NCBI GenBank assembly: GCA_013360215.1
Contig: JABWCP010000034.1
Location: 1 to 29,712 of the forward strand
Reading direction: 5' to 3'
DNA length: 29,712 nt
Source: a bacterium
GTDB lineage: Bacteria > CLD3 > SB21
Shown: in pieces, positions 26,726 through 29,712 of the stretch
Layout: every line of letters starts with the position of its first letter
Position numbering within the stretch: position 1 is the first letter of the stretch
Notes under the pieces: model-generated
The model's input: only the letters and a program-made list of their open reading frames with translations
Databases searched by the model: none
What the model was told of the DNA's origin: nothing
Made by a program: the position numbers and the translations under genes

Positions 26726-27253
26726 TTACGAATTATCTTGCCTGATCCACCAACTGCTGAGAATAGGAAGCATCACGATCTGACCCACGGCGGCCCAGAC
26801 ACCCGGTAAAAGTGCGACTTCAAAGTATTCAACAGCGTTTGACTCAGGCACATAAGTCAAGAGAGCACAGACAATAAATGCTATTCTTCCAAAGATTAGA
26901 CCCATCAATACACAAGCAAACTTATTTATGCTTGTTTTTTCTCGCATCAATCCTATTGACAATCCATATATCATAAGTTCAACCGTCATTGACGGTAAGA
27001 TACTAGGCAATGGATAACCAGAAACAATATAACTGAGTATTGGTGCAAAAATGCCTGCAATTGTTCCTGCACGCCAACCGTATACCAAGCCAGCTAAAAT
27101 GATTGGCCAATGCATCGGTAGCATTATTCTTACCGGTGCACCAATGAAATGCATTCCTATTGGCAATAGAACGGCGACCAAAACAAATATGATTTGTAGA
27201 GTGTATGCTTTCACTCCTTGCAAAGCTAAGGTCTGTGCTTCACTTGCTGACAT
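26726..27253 (-). CDS. Cassette ORF: small polytopic membrane protein (ECF-transporter S-component/BioY-like, tentative)
   Basis: 175 aa with ~5 hydrophobic helices. Gly-rich helix motif AGLVYGWRAGTIAGIFAPILSYIVSGYP resembles S-component signatures. Confidence 0.4.
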   Translation of the reverse strand: MSASEAQTLALQGVKAYTLQIIFVLVAVLLPIGMHFIGAPVRIMLPMHWPIILAGLVYGWRAGTIAGIFAPILSYIVSGYPLPSILPSMTVELMIYGLSIGLMREKTSINKFACVLMGLIFGRIAFIVCALLTYVPESNAVEYFEVALLPGVWAAVGQIVMLPILSSWWIRQDNS

Positions 27254-27303
27254 GCAATCCTTTCTATCTCTTTTTAGGGATTAAATTGTGTTAAGCGGCT
27301 TTC

Positions 27304-27494
27304 GGATAACGGTCTCCGGTATCCGCGGTGCTGTGGCGCGAGGTACCTGAAAACATAAAATCTCTCGTGCCTCGCGCCACAGTATCGGCATGCTGCGAGT
27401 TACAATTATTTATTAGAAGTCTACTCATTACCTATAAAAAGCTTATTTTCAACACTCTACGAGCATCGTGCGAACGGATCACCGGATGGTTATC
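27304..27494 (-). repeat. attC-like element copy 7
   Basis: GGATAACggtctccggtatccgcggtgctgtggcgcgaggtacctgaaaac…cctcgcgccacagtatcggcatgctgcgag…gaacggatcaccggatgGTTATC. Followed by only 102 bp before copy 8. Confidence 0.6.
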
Positions 27495-27596
27495 ACCTTC
27501 ACAAGCCATTAATCCAAATAATAATATCACAAGTAGGTTGGAAAAATAGAATCTCATAAAATCCTCTCTTAGTTTTATTAGAAATTGAGAGCTATC

Positions 27597-27789
27597 AGAT
27601 AACGGTTCGCGACTATCTGCGGTGCTGTGGCGCAGGGTACCTGAAAACTTTTACTATTAGTTCCCTGCGCCACAGTATCGGCATGCTGCGAGTAACTATT
27701 ATTTATTAAAAATCTAATCATTCTTTGTAAAAAGCCTACTTTCAATACTCTACGAGCAGCATGCGAACAGATGGGTCGCGTTTTATATG
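27597..27789 (-). repeat. attC-like element copy 8 (stem with compensatory changes GCAGGG/CCCTGC)
   Basis: AGATAACggttcgcgactatctgcggtgctgtggcgcagggtacctgaaaac…ccctgcgccacagtatcggcatgctgcgag…cagcatgcgaacagatgggtcgcgTTTTATATG. Confidence 0.6.
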
Positions 27790-27826
27790 TCATTGCGCTA
27801 TATTATTTTGATCAACAATCATTTTT

Positions 27827-28261
27827 TCATTCATTTAAGAATCTAAGACGAAACACCCTTTCTCCAGTCTGCTCATGTGTCTTTTCAGCGACAAATCTGA
27901 ATCCGTACTTTGCATAGAATTTGCGTCCAACTATATTTTTTTCAAAGACTTCAACAATCAACTCATTGTGAAATTCGAGTGCTTTATCTACCAACATTTT
28001 CCCAAAATTCTTCCCAATATGAGTAGGCTGAAGAAATAGACCTCCAATTTCATTTTGAATCAGCGAAACAAATCCAACAACAACACCATCAACCTCAATT
28101 ACCCACGTTTCCACATTTGGTAGATAAAGATCACGAACATTTTTCTTTTCTTGTGCTTGAAAATCTTCAGACAAGAACGGATGAGCTAAACATTGGGCAT
28201 TTTCCCATGCAGAGAGTACCGCAGATAAATCTGATTCTCTATATTTTCGAATTGAAATCAC
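27827..28261 (-). CDS. Cassette ORF: GNAT-family N-acetyltransferase (144 aa)
   Basis: Acetyl-CoA-binding motif A region (VVGFVSL…IGKNFGKMLVDKAL) and C-terminal FYAKYGF typical of GNAT. Confidence 0.7.
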   Translation of the reverse strand: MISIRKYRESDLSAVLSAWENAQCLAHPFLSEDFQAQEKKNVRDLYLPNVETWVIEVDGVVVGFVSLIQNEIGGLFLQPTHIGKNFGKMLVDKALEFHNELIVEVFEKNIVGRKFYAKYGFRFVAEKTHEQTGERVFRLRFLNE

Positions 28262-28317
28262 TTTTCACTCCATAAATTAACAACATTACAACAATAATTT
28301 CAAAAATGGGCAATGGC

Positions 28318-28508
28318 ATATAACGGTTCGCGACTATCTGCGGTGCTGTGGCGCAGGGTATATGAAAACTTTTACTATTAGTTCCCTGCGCCACAGTATC
28401 GGCATGCTGCGAGTACAATTATTTATAAACAATTTATCCATTCCTTGTAAAAACCCTACTTTCAATACTCTACGAGCAGCATGCGAACAGATGGGTCGCG
28501 GGTTATGC
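28318..28508 (-). repeat. attC-like element copy 9 (near-identical to copy 8)
   Basis: ATATAACggttcgcgactatctgcggtgctgtggcgcagggtatatgaaaac…ccctgcgccacagtatcggcatgctgcgag…gatgggtcgcggGTTATGC. It is 15 bp from the stop of ORF 28523..28972. Confidence 0.6.
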
Positions 28509-28522
28509 GTGGTGATGCTTCA

Positions 28523-28972
28523 TTAAGCATTAAATTCAGTTAACTTCTCTTTATCATACCATATCCTATATCTTTCCGGCACTAGTAAATTAACATAAGT
28601 AACAATTGAATCGATTTGCGGTGAATAATAGTTACTTACATGTGTCTGATACTTCTTTTTTTTCTTCGTAAAAGAAAATGATAGCTGCAATCCATCTTGT
28701 ACGGAGGAATTTCTATAATTGCTAAAGAACATATTCGTATCCAAGTTACATAAATAATTTAAGTATGGTGAGTCACTAAATTTTCGGCACCACACAATTT
28801 TAGGCTTTGAATCAATTTCGCCATATGATTCGATTACTGTTACACTATTCTCAAAAATTCTATAAGTGTAACCATCGCCTGTTGAATAATCGGCATTGTA
28901 AATGGATAGATAGGTGCTTCTGTTTGCACATCCACTCATAATTACTAATACAAATATTGAAACAAACTTCAT
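28523..28972 (-). CDS. Cassette ORF: lipoprotein (149 aa)
   Basis: MKFVSIFVLVIMSGCANRS signal peptide with lipobox. Confidence 0.5.
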   Translation of the reverse strand: MKFVSIFVLVIMSGCANRSTYLSIYNADYSTGDGYTYRIFENSVTVIESYGEIDSKPKIVWCRKFSDSPYLNYLCNLDTNMFFSNYRNSSVQDGLQLSFSFTKKKKKYQTHVSNYYSPQIDSIVTYVNLLVPERYRIWYDKEKLTEFNA

Positions 28973-28997
28973 ACAAATTCTTTCAAAGCATCATCAC

Positions 28998-29200
28998 GCC
29001 TAACGGCACGCCATAGGCGATGTGTCGTGGCGCGAGGTATCTGAAAACTTACACCTACTCGTTCCTCGCGCCACGATATATGCGAACTGCGAGCCTAATT
29101 TATTATTTAAAAATGATACATTCACCTGTAAAAACCCTATTTTCAATACCCTGCGAGCAGTGAGTGAACGCCTGTGGCGATGTTATCTGAGGCTTGAGGC
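28998..29200 (-). repeat. attC-like element copy 10
   Basis: GCCTAACggcacgccataggcgatgtgtcgtggcgcgaggta…cctcgcgccacgatatatgcgaactgcgag…cctgtggcgatGTTATCTGAGGCTTGAGGC. Stop of ORF 29203..29673 is 3 bp beyond it. Confidence 0.6.
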
Positions 29201-29202
29201 GA

Positions 29203-29673
29203 TTAATCCACAACTTTAATATCCCCATAACTAGTGTAAATCGTATTACCATGCTTAAATTTAAAAACACATCTGTATACACATCTGTATAGCCCATTCG
29301 AAATTCGATCTCCATCATCTTTATTCAAATCCCAAATGATACTATGAAACCCTTGAGACATAAACTGATCATCCATTAGGTATCTGACAATTCGTTTTGA
29401 GCTTTTAATGTACATTGTTACCTTCATTGAGCTGGCAATTTTATACCTGAATTCGATTGGACCATTGGTAGGATTCGGAAAGGCTGCAGCAACTTCAGGC
29501 GCACTAATTACTGATTCACCTTTAATTGTTACGCGCCAATCATCCTCGTCTTCAGAAATTACATCCCCTTGGCTGTCAGTTTCAGTATATCCACTAATTA
29601 CATCACTGTTGTCACATGCCAGAAGCATCAATAAGATTGTTAACGACATTGTTTTACTAAACATAATTACCAT
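29203..29673 (-). CDS. Cassette ORF: lipoprotein/secreted protein (156 aa)
   Basis: Signal peptide with lipobox (LLMLLACDNSD). Confidence 0.5.
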   Translation of the reverse strand: MVIMFSKTMSLTILLMLLACDNSDVISGYTETDSQGDVISEDEDDWRVTIKGESVISAPEVAAAFPNPTNGPIEFRYKIASSMKVTMYIKSSKRIVRYLMDDQFMSQGFHSIIWDLNKDDGDRISNGLYRCVYRCVFKFKHGNTIYTSYGDIKVVD

Positions 29674-29691
29674 TTAAAAAAATATTAATGC

Positions 29692-29712
29692 GCCTCAAGT
29701 CTCAGATAACGG
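29692..29712 (-). repeat. attC-like element copy 11 (only the distal end is inside the window)
   Basis: GCCTCAAGtCTCAGATAACgg is the inverse complement of the terminal GTTATCTGAGgCTTGAGGC of copy 10. It lies 18 bp beyond the ATG (29673) of the preceding cassette ORF. Confidence 0.5.

Larger units (their letters stand above)
22399..29712 (-). mobile_element. Putative integron-type gene-cassette array (distal portion), cassettes oriented on the - strand. The integrase and attI are not in the window and are presumably beyond 29712.
   Basis: At least 11 conserved imperfect-palindromic elements, each directly 3' of a small unrelated - strand ORF (stop to element 5-45 bp; element to next ATG 17-70 bp). 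Cassette-sized spacing (~450-600 bp). One ORF-less cassette. Element ends resemble integron core/inverse-core boxes (GTTAGGC, GTTAGAC … GCCTAAC). Confidence 0.6.

Noticed and set aside
22399-29712. CRISPR array as explanation for the regularly spaced repeats
   Set aside because: Repeats are 130-200 bp, not 24-48 bp, and are imperfect palindromes with variable interiors. The spacers are 450-600 bp and contain complete ORFs with signal peptides. No cas genes.
22399-29712. MITE/REP-type dispersed repeat or a family of intrinsic terminators
   Set aside because: Kept as the main alternative but considered less likely. Every copy is in the same orientation and abuts the 3' end of a co-oriented ORF. 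The ends match GTTRRRY and RYYYAAC-like boxes, and there are no U-tracts. It cannot be excluded without genome-wide distribution data.
1-29712. Transposase/IS elements, tRNA or rRNA genes, prophage genes
   Set aside because: No ORF with DDE, HUH or serine-recombinase signatures was seen. No cloverleaf-like tRNA candidates or rRNA-like stretches were recognised by eye. I could not run a tRNA scanner, so small RNAs may have been missed.

Overview
The window splits at about 21.6 kb into a chromosomal backbone and an AT-rich accessory region.

Backbone (1-21,551), moderately GC-rich:
- 1-8 kb, all on the - strand: a 5'-complete but 3'-truncated sensor histidine kinase (beta-propeller/Y_Y_Y/HisKA_3), a family-5 peptide-binding ABC transporter lipoprotein, and a 1059-aa secreted BNR/Asp-box repeat protein.
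- 8-14 kb, a mixed block: an arginase-family ureohydrolase, a class II (Ntn) glutamine amidotransferase, an FMN reductase, an SPFH/band-7 protein, a zinc-ribbon-fused SAM methyltransferase and two hypotheticals.
- 14.0-21.6 kb, + strand: a contiguous hydroxyproline catabolic cluster. It contains a DHDPS-family Pyr4H2C deaminase, an alpha-ketoglutarate-semialdehyde dehydrogenase and a GntR/FadR regulator. It also contains a Cys/Cys proline-racemase-family 4-Hyp epimerase, a DAO-like D-Hyp dehydrogenase, a Cys/Thr proline-racemase-family trans-3-Hyp dehydratase and an OCD-family Pyr2C reductase. A perfect (AATTTAG)x10 heptanucleotide tandem repeat sits inside this operon, between the regulator and the epimerase.

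Accessory region (21.6-29.7 kb):
- At least 11 copies of a ~130-200 bp imperfect-palindromic element with GTTA...TAAC-type ends and an internal hairpin maintained by compensatory substitutions.
- Each copy sits immediately 3' of one of a series of small, mutually unrelated - strand ORFs (lipoproteins, OMP-like beta-barrel proteins, a GNAT acetyltransferase, a small polytopic membrane protein). One cassette has no ORF.
- I read this as the distal part of an integron-type gene-cassette array (attC sites plus cassettes) running off the right edge of the window. The integrase and attI are presumably beyond 29,712.
- No rRNA or tRNA genes, CRISPR array or transposase genes were seen.
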